From Eledone cirrhosa (lineage: Eukaryota), in the NCBI GenBank assembly GCA_964016885.1, contig OZ024743.1, positions 47,864,001-47,928,000 of the forward strand: a DNA stretch of 64,000 bases, written 5' to 3'. Position numbers and translations under genes: made by a program. The notes below the pieces were generated by a model. The model ran no database searches, was not told the DNA's origin, and was given only the letters and a program-made list of their open reading frames with translations. This document shows, piece after piece, positions 22,983 through 35,566 of this stretch (positions are counted from its first letter, which is position 1; every line of letters begins with the position of its first letter).

Positions 22983-25900
22983 TTAAAGTTATCTAAAAAA
23001 AGTTAAAGATGTATAAACACACACGAAATGATTAATTGAAGAAATATAGTAATTACTTTTTAATTTCTAAAATCTACAGAATTCTAAACTTCTTAATAAT
23101 AATAATTCTTGTCAAGCAGTAGACTAATTTAACTGACACAAAGCTTAATTAACTCCAAATATTGATAATAAAGTTCTTTTCTTTCCTTCGAATATAGATG
23201 CTCAGTACCGTTCCTTCTAGAAAATACCTGAGTATGCATTAGTTGAATATTTAACTCTGATATCGCAATAACGGTACAAACATTTTCTTAATTATTCCAA
23301 ATCTGGCTATAGAGAAATATTAACTGCTCCATTCATTCAAATCTATTTTTTCCTCTAAGAATTTGAAATACACAGTTCCGTTGTCCAACCCACGCGTTTT
23401 TCTTTTTCTAGTGTTTTCTTCCCTTTAATTATCTGCTTTTTTCTTTTTTTCTTCCTAAACAATCCAGTTTCTATTATATTGTTCTTGGTTCAAATATCGT
23501 ATTATTTATTTTTGTGGCTAATAAAATAAAATTATCATTACAGCTTCCTTGGCTGCTGAGATAGCTGATTAAATGCATTCAAATATTTAAATTAAGCTTT
23601 TCGGCCTCCTCAATTTTGCGTTCAATTCTTCCTGCGGTAGAGTTGTTATTATTTTTTTTATGTTTGCCTTAATTGTTGAAGTGTACATCTGAAATATACT
23701 GGATCGGTTCGGTATGCTATAATTGTTTTCGTGTTTGAAAAATTATCTATGGTTATCTTAATGGCGCTGACCGTTTGAAATGTGTCTACACACATTGACG
23801 GTTTTTAGTTCAAATTTCAAGTTATTTACTCAAGTCAGCAATGATCGTACATAATCTATGATCAAAGGCGTTCCAGCTACGACCATCCTGTCTTATATTT
23901 AATGTATTAAAAATTGCATTAACCACTGCTTTACGTTTTTAAAAGTGATCAAATTTGACTGCTATTTCTAGCAGATTGTGTGACCACGTAGAGGCAAGCA
24001 CATGAACACCCTGTTTTTTTTCACACATTGTATATAGAATCTCGCTGGAGTTTAGCAATAAGACCAAGCTCCCCATAATTTTAATGCTTTTGGCACAATT
24101 GTAAAAGTCTCAGCGGTGGAAGCGAAAGAGTCCTTATTCTGAAACTCCATTAGGAATATATTATCTAATATGTTCTTTTTAAACTAAGTATTATTTGAGG
24201 GTGGAGCATAATTTTTTGTGATAAGCGTGACGGTTGCGGGAACATCGCAAGGACAAATTATAAGATGGTGTTTTTATTAAGTCGACTATTAGAACATATT
24301 TTACGAAGATAGTAATGGTAAGTTCTCAACTATCGAAGTAAGTTTGCGATTTCTTCTTAGCTCAGGGAAAGACATGAAAACCACACACGCCTTCAAAAAT
24401 ACAGCATTAACGTTCCAGGCATGCACCTCATTTCTTTTTTTAGTTTTGACTATTATATTAAAACTATTTTAGCTCGTTCACTTGCGAACTGCAATTAAAT
24501 TCGTAATATTTGGTGAATACCCACTTTTCTCAAAACGTTGCAATGACCGTAGTAGTGCCTTGCAATATTTAGTTTCATTTCCATGTTCAAATACTGTCGA
24601 GATCGTCTCTGCCGTTTTATCCTTACCTGGTCAATAAATCAAGGACCAATAAAGTACTGGGTTAATATAAAAACCACTACTATGTTCTTTACTAAAGTGT
24701 GGCGTTGTGCGAAGCAACCTTATTGATAGTTTTGCTTGTGTTGTTTTGAACTTTAAACGTGATCTTTATAAAATGTCGTAAACTTTAACAAAATGTCATT
24801 GGCAATCTTATCGATTGATTTGGTCGTCTTAGTGATAATCATCTGGCAGCGAAGTTGACACTTATTGATCTTTGCTTCCATATTGAAGAGATGTGACCAC
24901 TTATAACGTCACTAAGATTTTAAGAATTAACCATCAAATTAACAATGAGTTCTAGTGTTTACTTTCTTATTCAATTAATCAGGTATTTTGTTGTTGTTTA
25001 ACCCCAGCTCCGGCGGAACTATTCAGAAGTAAAATGTGAAATCAAAAGTAAAACTATGGTGTACATTGTTTATGCTACAAGAACATTACCATAATCGTTA
25101 CATGAAATAACACTAGAGCATTCTAGCCGTGACCACCCAGTCAATAAAACATTTTTTTTCACTTAATATGCTAAAATCGTATAATATAAATATACAGTTT
25201 ATATAAAACTTCCGTTTTATTAACCGATTTTAATAAGCATACACATGTAATCATTTAACAGCCGTTTTCCCTAGAGTAAAATTTGAGGGAGATTTTTTTA
25301 GTAGGCTGAGCGACCATGTAGACCAGCTGCAATAATGAATGTTCCGTTAACCCAAGGAAACTGGCGACGGTCTGAGCGTGCGAGAAATAATTAAGTTGAT
25401 GGTGTGCAGTATCCGTAAAAGAAGTTTCATCGAGAAATCGAAACAGGATCACGATGTGGCTGTTTAGATTTCCGAAAACTTGGTTTTTACTAGATTAGAT
25501 TTACTTTTACGTCATTAACATTTTTCGTAGATGTAGGAGCACCTCTTCCCAGTTCGTTTAACCTTGAAGCTTCAGTAATATTGGCGACAGTCTGAATTTG
25601 TTAAATATAAATCATTTAATTTTATGTCGGCCACCCGCTGGATGTGGGAAAATTCTCTCTTGGTGTAGACTCTCAAAAGCTTGTAGCCTGTTTTATAGTC
25701 TCATATCCATGTCTTGTAATGTGGGAAAACATTTATATAGCACTCGTGTTTGTCCTATATTCACTTTGTAGTCTTTTAAACAAGTACAGTATTGTTGTAG
25801 GCCGTTTCTCTTCTTGTGGAGTTTTTGGTGTGAAGTATCAGATGTCCCCCTTAAGTGGTCACCCAGCCAGTTAAAAATAGCAGTCAAATCTTCCTCAAAC

Positions 25901-27384
25901 CCCATACCTTCGTTATAATTAAGGAAAGGTCACATTGGACAATGTAGTTTTTGGAATGCTTTTTGATCGGCAGTAAACAAATTGAAGAACTATTAAAAAC
26001 AATTTCAGAACCTTGATAATGTCGGGTGGAGTTCATAATTACCTGATTCCATGATGAATTAAATTTTATATAACGGAAAGTGTGGAAGCTTGTTAGATGT
26101 ACTGTACTAATAAAAGACACTGCCTGTAATTTTTCAATAATTTTGGAGGGATTTAATAATATAATTTTCTCATTATTAAATTGGTGTTTGGAGCATAACT
26201 TAAAGAATCTTACATAAAATTATGATGGATTTTTAAATATAAAAGTTTTTGAAGCTTTGTACCATAAAATCAGGAGTTGATTGGTTATCAAAAGGGTTAA
26301 TCTGTTGCCCAGTTTGATACCACCACTTGGCTTTTGAGTACTTTCGGCAGAATCTACTCTGTTGCAAGCATATAGATAGGTCTGCACTCTAAAGATAACT
26401 TGGTATACTTCTTCTTTCTGTAGTAACATGAATCAGTTTCATCCCTGCCAGTTATGAAGCCCAATAAGTTTGTAGGTTTTAACCCTTTTTGACTTAACTA
26501 TAAAAAGTAAAGAAATAAAGCTTTACAATGCAAGAATTGGGGGAAATCAGCAAACCCAAACACTCATTTTTCAATGCTGGGACTTGGCTAATAATAATAG
26601 TTGCAATAGCTTGAATTCTTCTACACGTTCAGTTATTTGTATGAGGTAGTTTTACAATGTGTCCAACTTTATTGTAAACTCAGCTATAAAATGTAGTACA
26701 TATCTCCAGGTAGTGACAAGGATTATTAAAATTGTAGTGGTAGTTATTGTTGTTTAGTCCCAACTTGACTCTGATCATTCATTCCAGCTATGATGATGCC
26801 ATCTTAAGAATTAAGATGGCTACATTATTGTGTATTGTGGATTGGCAGGTATTAGAGCATCAGATAGATGCTGGAAACAATTTCACTTTTCATTCTTCTG
26901 AGGTTGGTAAAATAAAGTACTAGAGTCAATGTAACTGAATTCCCAAGTTACTGGCTATATGCCAATATTTGATAGAATTATTTTGAATTTTTTTTCCAAG
27001 CTGCATCCAATGTTTCATTTTAAGTTTCGGAAGCTCAACAAATCATGGGGTGTTATTTAGGGAGATTTTGCTGCTATTTTTTGCAGGTCAAGCAACCATT
27101 TGAAGGTTCTTGAAGTGGTAAGACCAAGGGCATGAAAAATGGTGGTGGTATGGTTAGATCTCAGAATGATGAGGATCCTATGAGATCACATGCAGATTAA
27201 AGATGAATCATTGTTTCTACTTTTGGCACAAGGCCAGCAATTACCCAGTGCATTACTGAATGATACAAAACCTGTCTAAAACATTCCAGGATAGTTAAAT
27301 GGTTTAATATATGATTGATTATACTGATATTTGTTTTTTATTGAGATCTGATTTTGACTTACCTGATGTTTTTGTTTATTGTAG

Positions 27385-27512
27385 ACATGTTGTTTTACCC
27401 AAGGAAATAGCCAAACTAGTGCCAAAAAATAAACTTATGACAGAGACTGAATGGAGAGGGATTGGTGTTCAGCAAAGCCAAGGCTGGATTCATTACATGA
27501 AACATGCTCCAG
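27385..27512 (+). CDS. CKS1: CKS coding exon 2
   Basis: ttgtag|[44 protein letters not shown]|gttagc, 128 nt, in phase with exons 1 and 3. Confidence 0.97.
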
Positions 27513-28029
27513 GTTAGCATTTGTTTATCATATTTGGACAAATTGTCTCTTGTGGTTGATGAGCACTTTATCATAGAACCATAGTGTTATTAGAATTAAT
27601 GCATGATCCAGCAGGTTGTAATCAGACACTCCTACCACAATCTACTTTGTGTATGCAAAACTATCGACATAAAAATTCCCTGCACATTCAAATCGTTTAC
27701 TACAAATCAATCTATGAATTATTTTACTGAAATAATGTAATTTGTGTATTCTTTAACAAGTTTTGGTCATTGGCTTTCTGTGGTACCGACTTTAAGAGTT
27801 TAATCGACTCCAGAACTCATTTTATAAGTCTGAGTTGTCATCATCATTCTACATCTGGTTGCTGTGCTGATATGGGTTGGAGAACCACATGGCTGGTTGA
27901 TTTGTCTAACACTTTACAATGATGTGCTGGGTGCATCTTGTGACATCAGCACTAGAGGTTTTATAACCTTGTTAGGACTAAACGGTTCTCTTCAGCCTGC
28001 TGTCTGCCCCTATTTGCCAACCACATTAC

Positions 28030-28135
28030 AGCTGTGGTAGTTCAGAAGTTTGTATTGCAACCATATGGGCCTAGATTCAAACCCACTTCGTGGCACTTTC
28101 GGTGGGTGTTTCTTATGATGGTCTCAAGTCAATCA
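28030..28135 (+). mobile_element. tRNA-derived SINE head (different family), intronic
   Basis: gctgtggtagttcagaagtttg...caaccatatggg..gattcaaacccact..gtggcactt. Related minus-strand remnants occur near 12740-12790 and 18350-18410. Confidence 0.45.
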
Positions 28136-28550
28136 GTTTTTTTTTGGGGGGGGGGGGGGCTGCAGAAACCTATTGTGTGTCCAACCATGCCAGTACAGAA
28201 GACAGCCATATGTGGTGATGAGTGTATTCAAGTGGGATGGCAAAAACTTCAGTATTTTTATCTTAGTTACCTCCCTTCAAACCCTTGTCTTTCACCCTCT
28301 TCTGAAGTTGACAAAATAACTATTAAAGTACTGGGATCAATATAATTAGCTCAAACTCTTGGAGGTTGTGCTCCAGCAAAACTGCTATCCAAAGTTGGAG
28401 CCAGTCAAAATGTATTTATATGTTGTTTCTGAGGTGGAGCCTTGTTAACCTTGCATTGCTTTCATTTTTCTCTCTCTCTCTCCAGACATAAAATGAAATA
28501 TTTTGTGAATGAATTAACTGACATGTTTGTGCTCATCGTAATTAACTTAA

Positions 28551-28746
28551 CCCTTTAGCATTTAAACTGGCCGTATCCAGCCAGAATTCTCTGTTCTTTC
28601 TGTTCAAACTGGCTGCTCATACTGATGTTAAGGTTTTGTTCTCAAAATAAATATCAAAATCTTGTAGATTTGACATTATGTGAGATAATTATGTGAAAGT
28701 GTTTACTGTGAAAATGCAACAGGAAATATAGAGTAATGCTAAAGGG
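28551..28746. mobile_element. piggyBac-type MITE (opposite orientation), in CKS intron 2
   Basis: TTAA at 28547-28550 and 28747-28750. TIR CCCTTTAGCATT / AATGCTAAAGGG. The internal sequence is the reverse complement of the 18594 copy. Confidence 0.88.
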
Positions 28747-28975
28747 TTAATAAGTTATTTTAACAGATTCCTCCCAATTTTTTTTTTTAACCCTTTCGTT
28801 ATTCAAGTTTTCAATTTTGAAAATAATGAAGTATTTTTGAGGAATTTAGTAAAATAATCTTTTCATTTTTAAGCAGGTGTCTAAAACCTATCAAAATGTT
28901 CTTACATTAAATTATGATAGGTTTAAAATTTAAATATGAAGATTTTATCATAGAACCAGGGTGTTATTAGAATTA

Positions 28976-29356
28976 CACAACATCCAGGCCGAAACAAATG
29001 AGATTGTGTAGGTGTCGCAACAAAAAACACAGTCCACGCTGTAATGTGGCCGTGTAGGCAACACGGTAAAAACCTCCCAATCCCACACTGTAAATGTGGT
29101 TGGTGTTAGGAAGGGCATCCAGCTGTAGAAAACCCGCTAGACAGTCCACGCTGTAATGTGGCCGTGTAGGCAACACGGTAAAAACCTCCCAGCCCACACT
29201 GTAAATGTGGTTGGTGTTAGGAAGGGCATCCAGCTGTAGAAAACCCGCCAGGCAGTCCTATGCGAGCAAGACAACCACTCTTGCCTCAAGTGGGAAAACT
29301 CCGGTCCAAACCCATGCAAGCGTGGAACATGGACGTTAAACGATGATGATGATGAT
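28976..29356 (+). mobile_element. RTE 3'UTR fragment with an internal 112-bp tandem duplication, in CKS intron 2
   Basis: Near-identical to 38181-38460. 29029-29140 is repeated at 29141-29252. (GAT)n tail. Confidence 0.9.
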
Positions 29357-29613
29357 TTAATGAACCTTAGTCACAAAACATTTTGTCCCTGTGTGTGTGT
29401 GTGTGTATGTGAAGACCTATGATTACTGCCTTACTAATATTTTGTTATAAACATTGTGCCTATTACTGTTTAACTCATCTGCCTCCATATACACTAGAGA
29501 TGACATTTTTGAAATGATTTCTATATAACTGCTCCCCCTTTCTTATTCTTTATTATAGTTAATCAAATCTCGTGAAAGATTCTAATTAATGATTTTTAAA
29601 TTTTATTTTTCAG

Positions 29614-29657
29614 AACCTCACATATTGCTGTTCCGACGATCCCTTCCTTCAGTGTGA
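29614..29657 (+). CDS. CKS1: CKS coding exon 3
   Basis: ttttcag|aa-PHILLFRRSLPSV-TGA completes HAPEPHILLFRR. Total CDS is 65+128+44=237 nt, or 78 aa plus stop. Confidence 0.96.
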
Positions 29658-29800
29658 ATGTATAACTGTGACCTTGAGTCTGAAAATGAATGTTCTGGTG
29701 GAATGATTTTTGTCTTCATATTTTTTTTAAAAATTCCATGTGTGTGTGGTTGGATAGTTTAAACCATACTGTCGCATATCCTTATGCTTACATTGTACAT

Positions 29801-29806
29801 AATAAA
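29801..29806 (+). terminator. Candidate polyadenylation signal of CKS
   Basis: First AATAAA ~145 nt after the stop codon, followed by U/GU-rich sequence. Confidence 0.5.
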
Positions 29807-30714
29807 GATCTAATGTGTTCCTATATCTTGGTTCTTTTTCTCATTATTTACTTTTATCATCACCATTTTTACATCTGCAGTATTCTATGGCTCGATACCC
29901 TTCGTGTATTTTCTTTTTTCACTCAACTAATTGCTAATCTGTTAGACATAAAAACATTGTTTGTTGTAAGTGGTGTCAACATCAAGTTCTACATAGATAC
30001 ACACATATATTCAAGGGTCTTGGATACAATTTCCATTACACACGTTTTACACAAGGCATTCTGAAATACTATCAACTTCAATTAACAAGCCCAGTTTTAG
30101 GTATTTTCTAGTAGATCATTACAGCATGTTAAATGTTAAGACCTATTGATCAGTGTGGTCTTAAACAGATGTGATGGTCCTGACCTGTTTGATCAGGCCT
30201 AAATAAAAGCTGGGTCTGCTCTGTGGCAAGATGAAGACTCCACCTCAGATACGGCACTTCAACAGGGAGGGTGCAGTGGTATAGGTGATTGTAGCATCAT
30301 GACTGCTCTCACCTATACCACACTTTTTGTGCTTTCATGAGTGAGGAAAGTTGAAGTACTTCAGTATTGCAGATGTGTGCTGTGAATTTTGATGACAGAA
30401 AATTAAAGACTGAAATGTACGTAGTTTCTTTTTTTGTATATGCTGCTTGCAAAACAGAAACTGACATGTATTTAATTTCTGTACATAGGAAGTTGTGAAC
30501 CATTTACTTAAACTTTGTTCTTTTGAGTTGTCATACATTGGATTTGAGTTGTCAGGCAGTGGATTTATGTGAAAGAGGAAAAGGGAAAACTGATGGCAAT
30601 GAGACAAACTTCCAATTCTCTTCCTACCAGCATGAACTCGTGTAGGGGCTTATATAGTAGCAACCAATTACAGTCCTAAGAATCTCATATTCTATATTTT
30701 CATTTGAAGATATT

Positions 30715-31340
30715 CATCACCGTTAAGCATCCATTTTTCCTTGCTAGAATTGGTTAGACAAGTTGAGATAAGTTAGATCAGATGACTGTTGCTCATGCAG
30801 AACTGATTTGGGCTTGGTTTCTATGGTTGGATGCCCTTCTTAATGCTAACCACATTTACAAAGTGGACTGGGTGCTTTTTATAGTAACACTTACGTGACC
30901 ACTTTACTATGTTGACTGGTCACTGTCATGGCACCAAAACGACCACTTTACAGTGTGGACTGGGGTGGAGGAGGTAGATATAGAGTGGAGCACTTACTGG
31001 TATGGGGGAGAGGAGAAAGTGGTACAATTTTCAGAAATTATATTCAGTTCTGTAAATAACTAATCCTGGTGTAAACTTTTGCGATTGTGAGCAGGATCAT
31101 TTGTAGAAACGATTATGTAATAAAGAAATTTTACTCTGATCTTTCTTTTGATTATGTATCAGCATTGTTTAATGTCTATTTTCCATGTTTGTACGGATTA
31201 GACAGGTGATGTTATGAGATAAGTCATCTCATCCTCATATTGATCTGTTTTGAGCTTGATATCTATGGCTGGATGCCTTTCTTCATGCCAACTACATTAC
31301 ATTGTGAATTGGGTGCTTTTGTTGTGACACTAGCCCTATC
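30715..31340 (-). mobile_element. Two diverged RTE-tailed SINE or 3'UTR remnants (~30715-30965, ~31165-31340)
   Basis: ttctatggttggatgcccttcttaatgctaaccacatttacaaagtggactggg and tctatggctggatgcctttc..gccaactac are reverse complements of the ggaagggcatccagctgtagaa module. Confidence 0.65.
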
Positions 31341-34300
31341 ACGACAGAGTGGACAAGGTGTATTTTTGTGGGAGAGCAGGTGTGGAGCATATCCAGGTTT
31401 CCATGATTGCATATGGAAGGTGGAGGTTGGCAGATATAGGAACAAGTATGAAAGTTGGACATAGATGAAATGGGTGAGGAGAAGTCTATGGTGGGATACT
31501 TAGCTGGTGATGTGGGGGTGACTATGAAGATTGGTGAACACTAGTATCATCTACATATTTGTTTCATCTTGTGCACATGGGAAGGTATGTTTTCTGTAGT
31601 ACAGCATAACGCCAAAGATCTCAATTTTGTGTTGTCTCACTTTATCCTAGGTCTTCCTCTTCTATAGTTTCCGTCAACTTCGAGCACCCTGCAGCTTTCA
31701 TCCTCCATATACGTCTGACTCCTCTTATAGCTTGTTACATGCATGAACGAACGAACGTCCAGTAAACTTAAACATTGGGAAAATTTGAAATGTGTCGTCC
31801 CAATTCAAATGGCTATAGCAATAGTCGATCATTAAAGTCGAGAAAATTAGTTGCCTCTGGCTACGTCCTCCCATCTCCAGAGATGCTTTATTCGATTTTC
31901 TCAAATATTAAAGTGATCCACTAGTCATTTAAACTGAGACGGCCACATTTCAAATACATATTGTAGTAGCAGCATATATACAGAAAGTAAGTACATTTCA
32001 TCGTTTGTGTCTCCGTTTCAGTTTTTCATTTTCTCTTTAAACTTTACGTTCGTTTTAAAGGTACACTAACATGTAAATGTGCGTGCGCGCGCCTAAATGT
32101 GTTGTTTAACTACCATTCTACTAAGTTTCGCTCTGATAAACATGCCTATGACTAAAGGTGATTTACTTTTGTCCATCTTGTCTTTTATTATTTAGAACCG
32201 TTTTTAAAGATAGTATAATTTGAGTTAGATTCGGCGACTTTTTCTAGCAGGTCAAGAGGCTGCAGTGGGTAAATAGCGGTGAATGTTGTGTCAACATGTG
32301 ACAAACACAACTCCAGCAGACATCTTACTGCTGTCTCTTTTTTGCACCTTCACCAGTGAAGAGTGAATAAAACAACTTAGTATCACAGAAGTTGGCCCAC
32401 TGTATACACACACGCATATACATATATATATATATCAACTGTATGTAAACACATACAGTATACATATGTTTACTCACTCGCCACACACATATACAAAATC
32501 AGCTTCCTCTGTTTTAAATACGCACGCTGTCCACCTTATCGAAAATAACAGAAATTGCTGGCAATCCACTCTCTAGCCCTCTACTGTGGCCAGCTATTTA
32601 CAAAACCTACCGGAAATATGTTAACCGCACAATGGCTTAGCTTAGAACGAGTTCACCTAATACCTATGGTCGCTATCTTTTTTAATATTCTGCTGAATTT
32701 TTCAAGTTTTCCTGCGATCAACGCCAAGTGTGTGGTAAAAGGTAACAAGAACCAAGATACAGTAAAGCGAATCTTCAAACGAATCGCGCCGCTTGATCAG
32801 AAAAAGTAAGTTTATATATAATCTATATATTTACCCGAACTTCTACGCATTCGTTCAATAAGATAGAAATAGTGGCCAAGTCTATTTCAAATTACACACG
32901 CTGCAGTTTTTAAAAAAAAAGAACTAAGATAATAAATTCCTGAAAAAAATATACCATAAAAAATAACCGGATGGTCAAAGCTGGAATGCATTTGGTTATA
33001 AGCCTGCTCGATCAGGGCTAAATTCCTAGTTAAACCCCAAGCAAACCTATGTTTATTCTGTGGAAGGTTAGTTAATAAGTAGTGAGAATGAGAGTGATAG
33101 AAAAAAAGGGGGAATATGAATAAACTGTGTTGAGTTGGCACATAGTTATGGTATCCTCACTGAACTCTTGCAACCTGTTGTTTAGCCTTTTCGTATCTCC
33201 ACAGCCTTGATTGGGCAGACTTGTGATCTAAAGCATTATAACAGTCTCCCACCTCCACCCATTTTTTTTACCTGACATAATGTATCTAAAGTTGATATTC
33301 AATATATCTTTGTACGGTGTGAGTGATAAAAGCTGCTATTTCTAGCAGATGTAGTGTCCACGTGGAGGTTTCTTCGTTGGCTCGGTACCAACCTTTTGTT
33401 TTGTAACAAGACTGCTCATCAAGCAGACCGATGACGAAAGACGTTCCAACAGTGACCATTTCTCCTGCTGTTATAATCCCATTCACATTTAGGATATGGT
33501 TTACAGGAATATTTAATTTACTCCAGTATTTTACTTTAGCGACTCAAAACGTAACGAGCCATTACTAAATATCACAGGCATTTTGTCCGCCGCTGTAATC
33601 ATTATGCCGATACTCCACCTCCCTCCTGACAATGTATCTAGGATTATATTGTGCAATGTCTCCTCTTTTTAAGAATATTATGTAATTTGAGGGAGATTTG
33701 GCTGTCATGTTTAGCAACTAAAGCGACTACGTTGCTTCGACACTAAGTCGTTGTATAGTCGCATGTCGGCCCTGAAAGAGCAAACCTGTAATAAAAGCTG
33801 TTTTAGAGTTTTAGAAGTGACCATCTCATTTTCTCATCCTTCTTTTATAACACCAAAGGCATTCTAACCATGACCATACCGCTTTAGGAGATTCGTATGC
33901 AACTCTTGCTACACCGCCTTTTTATGTATTCGGGACTACATTGTGCAATATGCTTTTTTTTTTTTTTAAGATGGTGGTGAATTGGGTATATTTTGGCTGC
34001 TGTTTCTAGATGTAACTACTAGGTAGAGCACCCTGCCCTCATTATTCTACATTGTCCATGTAAAACCGCCACACATGTTTTCACCCCAAAGCAAACAACA
34101 CACTCGCATACACCAAATCAATATTTTCTTTCGTTTTCATTACTCTAAAACCTGATTGAAATGATATTAATTTACAATAAGGATACTGATATATTGATAT
34201 TGTTTAGCTACTTTGATTGGGTAGATCTATAATCAAAAGCATTCCTGTCACCATCATCTTGTCCGTTTTTATTAATATTTACATAACTACCTTATCCATT

Positions 34301-34596
34301 GTCTGTCTATTCCTTTCCCCACGACGTTTGTGAGGAATGAGGCGAATAAACCTTGGCTGCTATTTTTAGCCAAACGAGCGATCATTTAGCGGATCTATTG
34401 TGGTTTGTTCCACAGAGATATGAAATCCCAAGATTTTGATAATAGCAATTAATCATCAATTTTAAAAAAAATGACTGAGGTGATTGACTAAATCTTAACA
34501 CTTTCTGCACTGTTAAATATGTAAAAATGTTTTATTAATGAACAAATTTGCTTATTTGAATTTTCGTGCTAATTGTATTGCATTTTATTACTTACG

Positions 34597-34636
<40 letters not shown>

Positions 34637-34658
34637 GGGCACTGTACATAATAATTTC

Positions 34659-34701
<43 letters not shown>

Positions 34702-34704
34702 GCC

Positions 34705-34860
34705 ATGCTTTCCAGCATAGTTACGTCCCTTAACGATCTGAGTTTAAATCCCGCCGTGGTTGACTTTGCCTTTCATCCTTACGGGGTGGATAAAATAAAG
34801 TACCAGTAATGTACTGGATAATTGCTGGCCTTGTGCCTAAAGTAGAAACAATTATTATTA
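34705..34860 (+). mobile_element. Meta-domain SINE
   Basis: gagtttaaatcccgccgtggttgactttgcctttcatccttacggggtggataaaataaagtaccagt...ggccttgtgcctaaagtagaaacaattattatta. Confidence 0.82.
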
Positions 34861-35044
34861 TATATATATATTATACAACTGTTACACTGTATAAACTAGA
34901 GGAAATGGCTTATAACAACCATTTGATGTATTAAATTTTGTCGTATATATTTTTATACTTAAAAAAATGTATTTTGATTGGAATTTTTGAATTTATTTTC
35001 GATTATTCGTTATTAGAAATCATTGATTTGTTCCAACTCTTTAC

Positions 35045-35170
35045 AGTCTGAGTTCGACTCCCGCCGAAGTCAACTTAACTTTACATTCTTCCGGAGTCGG
35101 TAAAATTAAAGTACCAGTCGAGTATTAGGATTAGTTTAATCAATTATCCACTCCCTCCACATTTCTGACA
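35045..35170 (+). mobile_element. Meta-domain SINE (diverged)
   Basis: gagttcgactcccgccgaagtcaac...attcttccggagtcggtaaaattaaagtaccagtcgagta. Confidence 0.7.
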
Positions 35171-35566
35171 TTTTGTCTTTCTCTTATAAACTACTGTTTT
35201 CAATTCAGTAACATTAACACACACACTATGGAGCAAACGCTTCAGGGACAAGCCAAATCTCCCTATTGTTTTTTATAAAACAGGAATATTGGATAATATA
35301 GCTCTATATTCACAACGTTAATGAAAAACAACAAGCGTTATGGTCATAATAGGAACGCCTTTGGTCATAGATTGTTGACCTGAAGTTAAAGAACAACGCT
35401 ATTGCTATACTATATATGGTCACTTCCCGGTTTCGATCCCCTTAGGAGGAAAACATTAGCAGCACGTCTACTTCCTTTCAGTTAAATATCTGTTCGAATT
35501 TAAAACTCATCAGGAAGGGGAGACAACTCTAATAATACGCCACGTGAGTTTGTATATATATATATA

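Noticed and set aside
27311-27517. 68-aa single-exon ORF as the complete CKS protein
   Set aside because: The first 24 aa are intronic. The real N- and C-termini are in the exons at 22643 and 29614.
29690-30064. 124-aa ORF downstream of CKS
   Set aside because: It lies in the AT-rich 3'UTR/flank, has low-complexity hydrophobic composition and shows no recognisable motif.
30130-30200. Short hairpins (ttaagacc...ggtcttaa; ctga.c...gatcagg)
   Set aside because: Arms are 8 bp or shorter and single-copy in this window, with no recognisable RNA or TE family.
10026-35170. tRNA genes at GTTCRA(A/C)TCC motifs
   Set aside because: These are B-box-like heads of SINEs followed by the Meta-type body, and no cloverleaf can be formed.
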